Source: a virus (lineage: Duplodnaviria > Caudoviricetes). Taken from it: a DNA stretch of 32,808 nt. This document shows positions 16,601 through 25,453 of the stretch, piece by piece (position 1 is the first letter of the stretch; each line of letters opens with the position of its first letter). Both the position numbers and the translations under genes were made by a program. A model generated the notes under the pieces. That model was given only the letters and a program-made list of their open reading frames with translations, was not told the origin of the DNA and searched no databases. The stretch spans positions 1-32,808 of the IMG/VR virus record IMGVR_UViG_3300012682_000681; one strand, written 5' to 3'.

Positions 16601-17488
16601 GTGGGCTTCGAGTTCTTCGCCGGGGTCATCGGGTTCCTCGTCGACCTGATGCAGTTCCTTTGGATCGTGGTCTTCCAGCCGTTCGCCGCCTTCCTGGTGG
16701 ACGTGTTCAAGGTCGCGGTCGACGTGGTCAAGCTGGCCTGGGAAGGACTCAAGCTCCAGTTCGACGTCGTCAAGGACGTGCTCGGCTTCCTCTACGACAA
16801 CGTGATCCGCCCGGTAGCGGACTTCCTCGCCGACCGGTTCCGCAACGCCGTCGACGGGCTGAAACTGGCCTGGGAGGGGCTGAAGATCGTGTTCGACGTC
16901 GTCAAGGACGCGCTCGGCTTCCTCTACGACAACATCATCCGCCCGGTCGCCGACTTTCTCGCCGACCGGTTCACCAACGCCGTCGACGGTGCCAAGCTCG
17001 CCTTCGACGGCTTCAAGATCATCATCGGTTTCGTGCGCGACCGCTTCGACGAGGTGGTGGACGTCATCCGTCGGGTCATCGACTTCCTGGGTCGCCTGAA
17101 GGACAAGGCAGCCGACGCCCTCGGGCCGTTGGGGGACGTGCTCGGCTTCGCCGGAAACGCCCTCGAAAGCCTGCCCGGTTTCGGGAGTGGCAGGGAGCAC
17201 GGCGGGCCCGTCAGGAAGGGCGAGTCGTACGTCGTCGGGGAGCGCCGGGCGGAGCTGTTCGTCCCGAAGCAGGACGGGACGATCCTGCCGTTCGTGCCAT
17301 CCCTGGCAAAGGGGAGGGCAGTGTCGGGTGGGGCGGCGGGCCCGGGGGTGCTCATTGAGAAGCTGGTGGTGCAGGTGTCCGGGGTGACGGGAGGGGCGGC
17401 ATACGAGGCGGGCCGTGCGGCCGGCGACGGCGTGGCCGACGCCCTCGAGGCCCGCCGGTTGAGCGTGCTCGCTAGGGTTGCCGGCTGA
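13694..17488 (+). CDS. Tail tape measure protein
   Basis: 1264 aa; tape-measure domain (LQDFAAATPFEFDQL..QSQTLNGLMSTFKD), long amphipathic repeats, C-terminal GGPV..YVVGERRAELFVP. Confidence 0.95.
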   Translation: MGESVGGIEAEVRPVLSPGFARDLENQLRRAANGASGGFRPLLDAASDASRRIANAFRPVDVDTSAATRKLGGVGDTAAATGRRIGTAFLPPAIDTTAATRSLQGLGQEGQQSASKVVGAFRDLSARLRGADGRLVAEGAFDGLVADSRQAADSVERNLKGGFRAVEADARASGRRIGNSLDQGVGDGAGGLASRMAGIGRLAFGALAAIGVTAGVGALTKFGLEAAGSFEQVKVAFEGQMGDLAVPFIKRLQDFAAATPFEFDQLAGAAQRLLAVGFTADQVADQTNGVLAKIGGVAAALGQSGESVNSVVTALGRIKGQGRATIGDFELITNALPGFNAVAAVAKNMGITTEEAFKQLTSGGIKAGPVIDGVLAGMAAFPGAAGAMAAQSQTLNGLMSTFKDTLKITVTEGFQPLVGAVKDSLPPLTESVGKSLDSIAPAIASLATSVLPVLVDLVGQVGPALGQVIGAIGPILGPILGTLGTVLTPLLEGLAAGAKVFGEAFGDALSEIGPELGALAGAFGQLIGAFGGVAAELIGPFVTVAGAIADAITPVIVELTPIIKELAAVFGEAFQTLGPVIRDVGVTLGAVFGDTVKILGPVVVDVFSKILEAIVPLLPLLLPLVGVLAGAFLQVFSALLSPIAELVVALVDGLAPVLPELVTLFVAVATALTDQVVAALLAVLPPFVTLLTALVPVITLFAEIIADIPVSVIIALVDAFILFKTVGVALGILSSLIGLLPLLGAVLGAVLSPVGLVIAAVVALAAAGYLIYRNWDTIAAFFDRTWESIKRIFASAVEFLKPVLEPIGTAIGTIVDVFGRVVGAVTPVVLAIGTGLVAAFQGALTVIGVVKDVLLFLFDNVIRPLAGFLIDVFAVALTGLKLAFDGLLIVFGFVRDVLGFLFETIIKPLAGFLVDVFVVALAGLKLAFDGLLIVFGFVKDVLLFLFDNVIKPLAAFFIDVLSVAIDVVKVGFEFFAGVIGFLVDLMQFLWIVVFQPFAAFLVDVFKVAVDVVKLAWEGLKLQFDVVKDVLGFLYDNVIRPVADFLADRFRNAVDGLKLAWEGLKIVFDVVKDALGFLYDNIIRPVADFLADRFTNAVDGAKLAFDGFKIIIGFVRDRFDEVVDVIRRVIDFLGRLKDKAADALGPLGDVLGFAGNALESLPGFGSGREHGGPVRKGESYVVGERRAELFVPKQDGTILPFVPSLAKGRAVSGGAAGPGVLIEKLVVQVSGVTGGAAYEAGRAAGDGVADALEARRLSVLARVAG
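16241..17060 (+). repeat. 132-bp (44-aa) tandem repeats within the tape measure gene
   Basis: VKDVL.FL.DN.I.P unit recurs at 16241, 16373, 16505, 16769 and 16901, with a degenerate copy at 16637. Confidence 0.8.
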
Positions 17489-19989
17489 TGGTCGACTACA
17501 ACCCGAACCAGCCGTGGCTGTCCGGGTTGGAACAGCGGTCGAGGGGGCGGGCCGGCCGGCGTGTCGGGTCGCCGGCCCAGCAGCAGATCGTCCGGTGGCG
17601 GGCCAGCGACAGCGCGCAGGTCGGCACCGTCGGCGTCTACCTGGACCAGGGTTCGGCGCCGCTGGTGGAGGCCGGGCCGCAGGCCATCTACAATGGCGGG
17701 GTCGGCCCCGAGGCCTACCCGGCCGGCAACCCCCGGGCCGGACTGCTGGTCGACGTGACCACCAGAGCCAACGAGCTGGTCACCGCCGGCCTCCAGGCCG
17801 ACACCTACACGGTCAACGGTGTTGTCGTCCGCCCGACAGCCACCGGCTGGTACCGCGGGCCGACACAGGTGGGCGACCCGGCCGGGGTTGACGACATCGT
17901 GAACGACAACCTGGACCGCTACGCCTTCACCTCGGCCACCAAGCGGTGCGCCATGGGAGTGCTGTTCACCTCGAACGGCTTCCCAACCGGCCGCCACGTG
18001 GTCGGGGTCGAGTTTACCATCCGGTCCTGCGGGCCGATCCACGCATCCGTCGACCACCTGCAGGGGACGACGTGGATCGGTGAGCTGAACCCGATGGCCT
18101 TCGACTCGCCGCTGCCGGCACCCGGCGAGCTGCCAACCGAGTTCGTCTACCACACCTTCCGGATCGGGGAGATGTTCGCCTCCCGCACACTGGGCGGGGC
18201 GGGCGGCCAAGACAGGACGGACACGATGAGGGCGTGGACGCGTGTCGACGTCAACGAGTTCGACATGACCGTCGGCCCTCAGCGGCGGCTCAGCCTGACC
18301 ACCCACAAGTTGGGGGCCGCGATCGCCTACGTGTCGATGACCGTCTACTCGATCCCCGAGCGGAGGGTGGCCACCGGCATCCTGGTCCCGAACGTGACCG
18401 CACCCGGGTTCTTTTCGGCGACGCTGCGGGAGCCCGGCGGTGCCATCTGGACCAAGGTCCAAGGGGTCGACTATTCGACCGTCGTCCGCCAGCCTGTGGC
18501 CGGCAACACCGGGCTGGGCAAGGCGACGGCCACCATCCGCCGGCTGCCCCGTCCGGTGGTCCCAATCCCGTTCCACGAGTCGGTGGCGGTGGCCACCACA
18601 GACAGCGGCGGGTCAGGGCAGCCCACCTCGGCGGCGGCACCTGACGCGGCGATCATCCCGTTCCTGGTGGTCGACGCCTTCGGGCCCGTGCTCGCTGAGA
18701 CCATGCCGTATGTGGAGGCGGCGACCGTTACATGCGGAGCCGGGATGACGTTCCCGGTTCGAGGCACCGGGCAGACCCTGTCTGTCGCGTACCTGCTGCT
18801 CGCTGACGAGTTCGCTCCGGCCACCTTCGAGAGCCTGGCGTGGAAGTTGACGGACGGCCCGGGTGGGACAGGGGCGTTCGTGGAGGGTTCGATCAGTCGG
18901 GCTGACATCGACGGGAGCCCGCAGGTTGCCGTCGAACCTTTCGCGCTGGGGGGTGTGACGAAGGTGCTGACGTGGCGCCGGGTTCGTCTCGACTTGGGGG
19001 CCGGTCGGACGATCGCGAACGGGTCGATCGGTTCCCTGATAATCAGCTCCACCACTCCGACGGCGTTCGGGTCCACCGAACGGGTGCTCCTCGGGAGTCT
19101 TCGGGCGTCCTCGGGGCAGCTGGCGCAGTCGTGGCTGGGAACCGACGGCGTCGACTTCGCTGAGGACGCCCAGGCTGTCGTCGCCGTCAAGCCACCGCTG
19201 GTGACCGGGGTGACGGCCACGGTCACGGCGACCTCCTACGGGGGCGCAGCGGCGAAGTACGTGGCTGTCAGCTTCACGCCGCCCGCGTCGGTGCCGGCCG
19301 GGTTCGCCTACTACGAGGTGCAGCGGTCCGACCCGCGCACCGAGGGGGCGCCGATCGCCCGGCTGACCACCGTCACCGACTCAACATTCGCGGACCATGA
19401 AGCCAGGTACGGGGAGGTGTCCACCTACCGGGTGCGAGCGGTCGACGTGTACGGCACCGAGGGCGACTGGTCGAACCCTTCACTAGTGGTTCTGCCAGCG
19501 CTCACCGGCAGCCCGCTGACTTTCACCACAAACGAGGCGCCCACCCTGTCCGTGGTGGCCGAGGACACCTACACGGGCACCCCAACGCGAGAGTACGGCT
19601 TCCCCGAGGCAGCCGAGCTCGTCACCAGGCTGGTGTACGGGCGGGACCTGCCGGTGGCCTTCCGGCCAGCGGTGAAACGGGGTGCCACCTTCACGCGTCG
19701 CCTGAAAGTGGCATCCGGCCGGTGCCCACCGGTCTCGCCGGTCGGGCCCGGCCGGATGGACCGACTGCGAGACCTGGCCGTCGCCGACGTTTCCTACGTG
19801 TGCGTGCGAGACACAGCCGGCAACCGGTTCTTCGGGGCGATCACCATCCCCGACGGGCAGGTCACGAACTTCCCACGACTGCATGAGGCTACCGTTGGAT
19901 TCGTGGAGACCTTCGCCATGCCGTCCACCCCGGGCGCCCCGTACGGCTACGACGGGTCGTGCCAGCAGTACGGCGACGGAGGCTACTGA
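17488..19989 (+). CDS. Minor tail protein with a fibronectin-III-like domain
   Basis: TGATG-coupled to the tape measure gene; YYEVQRSD..FADHEARYG..TYRVRAVD..GDWS FnIII pattern; ends PYGYDGSCQQYGDGGY. Confidence 0.75.
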   Translation: MVDYNPNQPWLSGLEQRSRGRAGRRVGSPAQQQIVRWRASDSAQVGTVGVYLDQGSAPLVEAGPQAIYNGGVGPEAYPAGNPRAGLLVDVTTRANELVTAGLQADTYTVNGVVVRPTATGWYRGPTQVGDPAGVDDIVNDNLDRYAFTSATKRCAMGVLFTSNGFPTGRHVVGVEFTIRSCGPIHASVDHLQGTTWIGELNPMAFDSPLPAPGELPTEFVYHTFRIGEMFASRTLGGAGGQDRTDTMRAWTRVDVNEFDMTVGPQRRLSLTTHKLGAAIAYVSMTVYSIPERRVATGILVPNVTAPGFFSATLREPGGAIWTKVQGVDYSTVVRQPVAGNTGLGKATATIRRLPRPVVPIPFHESVAVATTDSGGSGQPTSAAAPDAAIIPFLVVDAFGPVLAETMPYVEAATVTCGAGMTFPVRGTGQTLSVAYLLLADEFAPATFESLAWKLTDGPGGTGAFVEGSISRADIDGSPQVAVEPFALGGVTKVLTWRRVRLDLGAGRTIANGSIGSLIISSTTPTAFGSTERVLLGSLRASSGQLAQSWLGTDGVDFAEDAQAVVAVKPPLVTGVTATVTATSYGGAAAKYVAVSFTPPASVPAGFAYYEVQRSDPRTEGAPIARLTTVTDSTFADHEARYGEVSTYRVRAVDVYGTEGDWSNPSLVVLPALTGSPLTFTTNEAPTLSVVAEDTYTGTPTREYGFPEAAELVTRLVYGRDLPVAFRPAVKRGATFTRRLKVASGRCPPVSPVGPGRMDRLRDLAVADVSYVCVRDTAGNRFFGAITIPDGQVTNFPRLHEATVGFVETFAMPSTPGAPYGYDGSCQQYGDGGY

Positions 19990-20131
19990 TGCCGAGCACC
20001 AACCTCCCGGTCAACGTTGACGCCTCCTACCCGGATGATGCGGCGAACCCTGGGCGGAAGCTGCACCAGCAGCACCACGACGCCGTCCACGCCCTCACCA
20101 ACGCCGGCGTGGCGTCGAGCGCAGAGCTGGC
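19976..20131 (+). repeat. Left arm of a 156-bp imperfect inverted repeat
   Basis: Colinear with the reverse complement of 30280-30435; first 24 bp identical (ACGGAGGCTACTGATGCCGAGCAC). Confidence 0.85.
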
Positions 20132-21743
20132 CGCGGCGGGGGCCGGAGCAGCGACCCTGCTCCGTGGGTCCGGCATCGACGAGACAGGCGTGGCCGACTC
20201 AACGGCGGCCATTCAGACGATCGTGACCAACGCGGCCGGCCCCGTCCACGGGGTGCCCGGCGCCACGTACAAGCTGGGCACGGTGAACCTGAAGAACGGG
20301 TCGGACGTGCGGGGCAACGGTGCCTCCCTGGTGTGCACGGTCGCGACGCCCGCTGTCGCAGGTCAGGGGGGCGGGGCGTTCGTGTCCACCGGGCGGACCA
20401 ACGTGGCGGTGAGCGGCTGGACAGCCTCGGGTAACACTGGCACCTCACTGCTCAAGATGGTTGGCGGTTCCGTCGTCGACTGCTTGCGCAATACGGTCAC
20501 CGACATGCAGGTCATCCAGGTGAACAGCGCGAACGGCAACATCTACGTTGGTTCGGCTGAGACCGAGAACGTCGACATCCTCGTGCAAGGCAACCGGGGG
20601 ACGGCGCCGAACAGTTCGGTTGGTACCGCCGGCATCTTCTTGCTCTACTGCTCCGACGTTCGGGTCGTCGACAACAAGCTGACCGGTTACACGTCGGGCG
20701 TGCAGTATTGGGGCGGGGACGCCAACACTCAGGGGGCGATAGCGAACGCCCGGAAGTGCAAGCGGATCTGGATGAGCAGGAACCGGGCGACGGGCGCCTA
20801 CGGCGGCGGGCTGTGGGGGTCGATGGGCGAGGACATCCTGATCGTTGACAACTACGTGCAGGGCAACGGCGACATCGGCATCGACTTCGAGGGCAGCTTC
20901 AACTGCCGGGCCAGCCGCAACACCGTGTTCGACTCGTTCGTAGCCAACTTCGGCACGTTCTTCATTTGCCGGGACGTCGTCTTCGACAACAACACGAGCA
21001 TCGCCACCTCCCCCTCGACGTGCGCCGCCCTGTTCATCATCAAGAACGCCACGTCCGACGGATCGAAGACGACAGGCAACGGCACCATCACAATCTCGAA
21101 CAACACCGCCCACTACAAGACAGGGGTCAGCTTCGCGGTTTTCTCAGAGGTATGCGAGCATCTGATCGTCACCGGGAACAAGTTCCGCAACGGGAAGGTG
21201 TGGAACGCGATCGCGAACACGCACAACATCACGATCACAGGGAACGTGATGCGGTGGGACGCTGCGGCCAGCGCCGCGTTCACTGCGATCGAGGTTGGTG
21301 GGAACACCCAGCAGGGCGACGGGTTCGCCCCGGTGACGACGATCAGCGACAACCGGATGATCTCCGAGGCGATCCACCCGGCAGGGTCACGTGGCATCTA
21401 CTCCAACCAGGCGGACGTGAACAGCAACCCGGTGCTGGAGATCCACCGGAACCACATCTACGGGTTCCCGGCCGACATCGTCTCGCAGTGGGGTGGCACG
21501 AACGTCGGGACCGCCGCGGTCGTGCGGATCAGCAACAACGTGATCTTCAACGGGATCACGTCGACGAACACGGGGGCGGCGAACGCTCAGAACCTGCAGT
21601 CGTGGGGCAACCGGAAGAGCTTCACCGGCGGACCGATCGGGGCGTCGCTGACCGTGACGGGCAGCAGGGGGGCGAACGCCGCCCTCGCCAGTCTCCTCAC
21701 CCACCTGGCGACCCTCGGCCTCATCGGCGACAGCAGCACCTGA
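19989..21743 (+). CDS. Fibre/tailspike 1, right-handed beta-helix (pectate-lyase-like)
   Basis: GIDETGVADSTAAIQ start motif, many xxxNxx repeats, C-terminal ALASLLTHLATLGLI helix. Confidence 0.8.
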   Translation: MPSTNLPVNVDASYPDDAANPGRKLHQQHHDAVHALTNAGVASSAELAAAGAGAATLLRGSGIDETGVADSTAAIQTIVTNAAGPVHGVPGATYKLGTVNLKNGSDVRGNGASLVCTVATPAVAGQGGGAFVSTGRTNVAVSGWTASGNTGTSLLKMVGGSVVDCLRNTVTDMQVIQVNSANGNIYVGSAETENVDILVQGNRGTAPNSSVGTAGIFLLYCSDVRVVDNKLTGYTSGVQYWGGDANTQGAIANARKCKRIWMSRNRATGAYGGGLWGSMGEDILIVDNYVQGNGDIGIDFEGSFNCRASRNTVFDSFVANFGTFFICRDVVFDNNTSIATSPSTCAALFIIKNATSDGSKTTGNGTITISNNTAHYKTGVSFAVFSEVCEHLIVTGNKFRNGKVWNAIANTHNITITGNVMRWDAAASAAFTAIEVGGNTQQGDGFAPVTTISDNRMISEAIHPAGSRGIYSNQADVNSNPVLEIHRNHIYGFPADIVSQWGGTNVGTAAVVRISNNVIFNGITSTNTGAANAQNLQSWGNRKSFTGGPIGASLTVTGSRGANAALASLLTHLATLGLIGDSST

Positions 21744-21745
21744 CC

Positions 21746-22783
21746 TTGACCACTACCGACCTGCTCGACCTGACCGCACCGTCCCGGGCGTCCACGTTCC
21801 GACTCGACGTCCTCGACGCCGACCGAACCCCGATCGGCACCCTGCAAGCCTCGGAGGACCAGCCGCCGACCGTCGCCAACGACGTCAGCCGCACCATCAA
21901 GCGGACGCTCACCGGCCTCCAGCTGCCCGCAGCCGAACTCGGCGACCTGAACCCGTTCACCGACCTGATCCGCCCCTCCATGGTCCTCGAGGACGGCACG
22001 GTGTGGTCGCTAGGCGTGTTCGCCTTCGCCGACCTGTCCCGCACCCCCGACACCCCCGGCCGGGGCTACGACGCCACGCTCGTCGACCTGCTGTCCATCC
22101 TCGACCGGGAGACCGAGACGGGCGTCACCCTGGCGAAAGGGGACGACATCTCGGCGTTCCTTGTCGCTCTCACCGCCGACGCCAACGTGCTCGCCGTTGC
22201 CATCCCCGCCAGGGCCGGCACGGCCGGCGCCGACCTGTCCTGGCCAGCCGGCACATCGCGGCTCGCCATCGCCACAGCGGCCAGCCGGCTCTGCGGGTTC
22301 GTGGACCCCTACTGCGACAACGACGGCACCCTCACCATGGGCCCCCTGAGGGAGGCCGGCGCTCTCCCCGACGTCACCTACGGGGTGGGAGGGCGCGTTT
22401 TCCACTCCACGATCGTCGAGTCGGACGACCTGCTCTCCGCACCGAACCGCTACATCGTCGTCGACACTGCCCCAACCGCTGCGCCGATCGTCGTCGTCTA
22501 CGACCTCCCCGTCGAACGTCCAAACTCGGCCGCCAAGCGTGGGTTCGTGATCCCGACACGGATCGAGGTCCAGGGCATAGCCAACGTGGACGCGGCACTG
22601 GAGTTGGCCAGGGCGGCGGCTGACGTGGCCGGCTACCGCCACCTCAGCTTCGCCGGGGCACCCGACCCGCGGCACGACACCTACTCGACGGTGGAGTTCA
22701 ACGGCGTCGTCTGGCGGGAGCAGGCCTGGTCCATGACTCTGGCCGACGGCACGGACATGACCCACCATCTGCGTTCGCCGTGA
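21746..22783 (+). CDS. Minor tail (hub/Tal-like) protein
   Basis: Probable TTG start at 21746; IKRTLTGL..LGVFAFAD..SWPAGTSRL..DPYCDNDG..PDPRHDTY..WSMTL. Confidence 0.7.
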   Translation: MTTTDLLDLTAPSRASTFRLDVLDADRTPIGTLQASEDQPPTVANDVSRTIKRTLTGLQLPAAELGDLNPFTDLIRPSMVLEDGTVWSLGVFAFADLSRTPDTPGRGYDATLVDLLSILDRETETGVTLAKGDDISAFLVALTADANVLAVAIPARAGTAGADLSWPAGTSRLAIATAASRLCGFVDPYCDNDGTLTMGPLREAGALPDVTYGVGGRVFHSTIVESDDLLSAPNRYIVVDTAPTAAPIVVVYDLPVERPNSAAKRGFVIPTRIEVQGIANVDAALELARAAADVAGYRHLSFAGAPDPRHDTYSTVEFNGVVWREQAWSMTLADGTDMTHHLRSP

Positions 22784-23457
22784 CCCTCGAGCAGAAGGAG
22801 GACGGGACCTGGGCCGACTACGGTACCCACGAAGAGTGGTTGGCCCAGAAGGACGCTGACACCCCGTACAACCGGTGGCTGGCCGGGGTGATCGCACAGA
22901 CCAGGGCGAACCGGGAAGCTCGGGAGGCCCGGGAACAGCAGGCACAGGTAAACGTCGTCCGGCAGGTAACAGCGAGGGCGGTAGCACGATCCACCACAGG
23001 GTTCGCGCTCCTCCCGGCCACCATCGTCGGCGTCTATGAGGACGCCTCAGCCAAGGTACGGATCGACGGGGACGGGGCGGTCCTGAAGGCGTCTGTCCTG
23101 CCGCCGCACTTCGCTCCGCCGGCGGGGCAGCGGGTCATGGTGGCCCGCAGCGGCGACGTGCTCTACGTGGTCGGGGTGACGCCCGGCGACGTAGCCCCTG
23201 ACCGGGTGACGGGCAGGGCAACCGTCACGTTCGCTGGCCTCAACTACGTCGAGGGCTCTGTGGCTTGGGGCACCCCGTTCGAGGCCAACCCGGTCATCCC
23301 TGCCCCCGGCGTGGAGGGGGCTCTCGGCGGTAACTTCGTCGTCACCCTGCACGACGTGGCCGTCGCCGGGTTTGACTTCACCGTCCGCACGTTGGACGGT
23401 GGGACGCACACGGGCCCGGTGACCGTACACTGGGTGGCGTTCGCCCCAGGCGTCTGA
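22780..23457 (+). CDS. Minor tail protein (OB-fold-like plus beta-sandwich)
   Basis: GTGA overlap; PATIVG..VRIDGD..PPAGQRVMV; C-terminal VHWVAF. Confidence 0.6.
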   Translation: MTLEQKEDGTWADYGTHEEWLAQKDADTPYNRWLAGVIAQTRANREAREAREQQAQVNVVRQVTARAVARSTTGFALLPATIVGVYEDASAKVRIDGDGAVLKASVLPPHFAPPAGQRVMVARSGDVLYVVGVTPGDVAPDRVTGRATVTFAGLNYVEGSVAWGTPFEANPVIPAPGVEGALGGNFVVTLHDVAVAGFDFTVRTLDGGTHTGPVTVHWVAFAPGV

Positions 23458-23462
23458 GCCTC

Positions 23463-23975
23463 CTACGGGCAGGCGCAGCCGGTGATCTCGAAGGTCACGG
23501 TGACCCGCCCCCCGACGGCACCGCCTTCCGGGCCCACCGGGACCCAGGCGCCCACGACCGCGGGCCGCTCGCCGGCGGCGACTGCGCATTCGAGTGCCCG
23601 GCGGAGGACGACGGCGTCGGTGAGCACCGTCTTCGCCGACGCGGTGATCTGCTCGACGGCCGGCGGTCCACCCTTCGGTGCCGTCGCCGCGCAGCGGAGC
23701 ACGAGCACCTCGTACAGGCCCAGCAGGTCGGCGGGGCCGGGGGACCTACCGGAGCCGTAGAGCGGCGGTCTCCCCTCATTCGGGAACTCCGCTGCTGGGG
23801 CGAGGCGCAGGAGCTGCACGGACAGCTGGCTGGTGCAGTCGAAGGCAGCCTCACCTTCGGCGACGAACCGCCGGAGCGGCGCACCGACTGGGGTGCCGGC
23901 CAGGGCGGTGGAGGCCACGGCCAGAAGATCCTCGGCCAGGTCGAAGGCGACCGTGACCGCCCCGTCCGTCATCAT
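23463..23975 (-). CDS. Tail terminator / head-tail joining-like protein
   Basis: AAFDC..QLSV..YEVLVLRCA..WVPVGPEGGAVGG pattern seen in actinophage connector genes; ATGA overlap. Confidence 0.6.
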   Translation of the reverse strand: MMTDGAVTVAFDLAEDLLAVASTALAGTPVGAPLRRFVAEGEAAFDCTSQLSVQLLRLAPAAEFPNEGRPPLYGSGRSPGPADLLGLYEVLVLRCAATAPKGGPPAVEQITASAKTVLTDAVVLRRALECAVAAGERPAVVGAWVPVGPEGGAVGGRVTVTFEITGCACP

Positions 23976-24550
23976 CGACTGGCCAGCAGGATCTGGAAGC
24001 CGTCGTCGTTGGTCACGTGCTCGATCACGGTCCAACCAGCCTGCTCCATGAGCGCCCGGTAGCCCACCTGGTCGAAGGCCCAAAGATGGTGCTCGTAGTG
24101 CGACTCGGCGGTTTCGTTCGCCGGGGAGCTGGCCACCAGCCATCTGGCGTGCTCGGCGATGCGGGCCACGAAGCCGTGCGGGTCGACCAGGTGCTCGAGC
24201 ACCTCGGTGGCCACGGCCACCTCACCCCATTCGATGTCGCCGGCCACAGCATCGCCGAGCCGGACGTCGACACCCCGGACGGCGCCGCCTTCCACGTTCG
24301 ACGGCTGCAGGTCGTAACCCCACGCCGGCAGGCGCGGGTCGAGGAGGCTGAGCAGCCCGCCGTCCCCGCAGCCGACGTCGACGACTGAGTCGGCGCCGAG
24401 GGTTCGGGCCCGGTGCACCATCGACGCGGTCGTGGCCAGCCGGGCGATGTGCGGGTACTCCTCGAGGTGCGGGGCCCGGTCCCGTTCGGCGTACCAGGCG
24501 GCCGTTGAGCAATCCGGCACGGTGCCTTCAGGGAACAGGCGCGCCTCCAT
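23972..24550 (-). CDS. Class I SAM-dependent methyltransferase
   Basis: VVDVGCGDGGLL, ATEVLEHLVDP. Confidence 0.88.
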   Translation of the reverse strand: MEARLFPEGTVPDCSTAAWYAERDRAPHLEEYPHIARLATTASMVHRARTLGADSVVDVGCGDGGLLSLLDPRLPAWGYDLQPSNVEGGAVRGVDVRLGDAVAGDIEWGEVAVATEVLEHLVDPHGFVARIAEHARWLVASSPANETAESHYEHHLWAFDQVGYRALMEQAGWTVIEHVTNDDGFQILLASR

Positions 24551-24581
24551 CGGACGACGATGCTAGCCAGCGGCCAGCCGG

Positions 24582-25196
24582 TCAGGACTCCCACCGGTCG
24601 GGCCTTCCACTGGTGTTGCCGAACCCGGCGAGGCTGTGGTGTCGCCACACCCAGGTCCGCTCGGGCAGGTGAACGAACCGGCCGCCGGCCCGGGCCACGG
24701 CCTGCCAGCAGCCCCAGTCCTCGCACTCAGAGTGCGGCCAGCGGTCCGAGCCCGGCGTGGGGAACCCGCCGACCGCGGACAGCACGTCGCGCCGCACGAG
24801 CAGCGTCACCGGGATCCAGTTGCGGTGCTCGAGCTCGGCGGCAACGAACGGCTGCCCCAGCATGCCCAGCGGGTCGAGATCGTTGCGCAGGTCGCCGTGA
24901 ACCTGCAGGTCGAACCACGGGTACACCACGTCGGCGCCGGTCTCCTCGGCGGTGACCATCAGCCGTTCGAGGTGCTCCGGCTTCAGGAGGTCGTCGTCGT
25001 CGAGGAACGCCACGTAGTCGGTGTCCAGTGCCCGCCACGCCCGGTTCCGGCAGCCGGCGGCCCCTTCCCGCAGATGGTCGACCTGGACGCTGATGGCGTC
25101 CGGGGAGCGGGTCTGAGCGCAGACGCTGGCCAGCGCCTCGGCCAGCAGCACCGTTCTCGGCGGGATCGAAGCAATCGCGACCCCTACGGAGGTCAC
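24582..25196 (-). CDS. Glycosyltransferase family 2 (GT-A)
   Basis: ALASVCAQT..GAAGCRNRA..YVAFLDDDD..CEDWGCW; GTG start at 25196. Confidence 0.88.
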   Translation of the reverse strand: MTSVGVAIASIPPRTVLLAEALASVCAQTRSPDAISVQVDHLREGAAGCRNRAWRALDTDYVAFLDDDDLLKPEHLERLMVTAEETGADVVYPWFDLQVHGDLRNDLDPLGMLGQPFVAAELEHRNWIPVTLLVRRDVLSAVGGFPTPGSDRWPHSECEDWGCWQAVARAGGRFVHLPERTWVWRHHSLAGFGNTSGRPDRWES

Positions 25197-25354
25197 GCCC
25201 AGCGGACCTTCAGGATGACGCCGCCGTGGACGGCCTGCTCGGCGACAGCCTCCGCTTTGGTGGTCCTCACCATGGTCCTGCCGTCCGGCAGGCGGACCTC
25301 GTAGCGGGTCGAACCATTCGACGACCCGGTGGCCCTTCCGCCCCCTCAGCCCAC
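25193..25354 (-). CDS. 53-aa small protein with in-frame UGA at codon 3 (candidate selenoprotein)
   Basis: GTG GGC TGA GGG GGC GGA..: MG*GGGRATGSSNGSTRYEVRLPDGRTMVRTTKAEAVAEQAVHGGVILKVRWA. Its stop overlaps the GT2 start (GTGA); TATGGT -10 at 25393-25398. Confidence 0.6.
25305..25328 (-). promoter_or_regulatory. SECIS-like hairpin downstream of the in-frame UGA
   Basis: CGGG-(UCG)-UCGAA-UGG-UUCGA-CCCG; loop begins 30 nt after the UGA. Confidence 0.45.
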
Positions 25355-25453
25355 CCCAACCACCACCGATCCTGCTCGTCGAACCTGGAAGCACCATACC
25401 GGTGGGGCTGACGGCGTAGCATCGCCCACCGTGACGACGGTCAGGAGCTCAGC

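Noticed and set aside
25346-25348. Genome-wide UGA reassignment as the explanation for the in-frame stop
   Set aside because: Many genes end at TGA with ATGA/GTGA/TGATG coupling, so UGA is a normal stop here.
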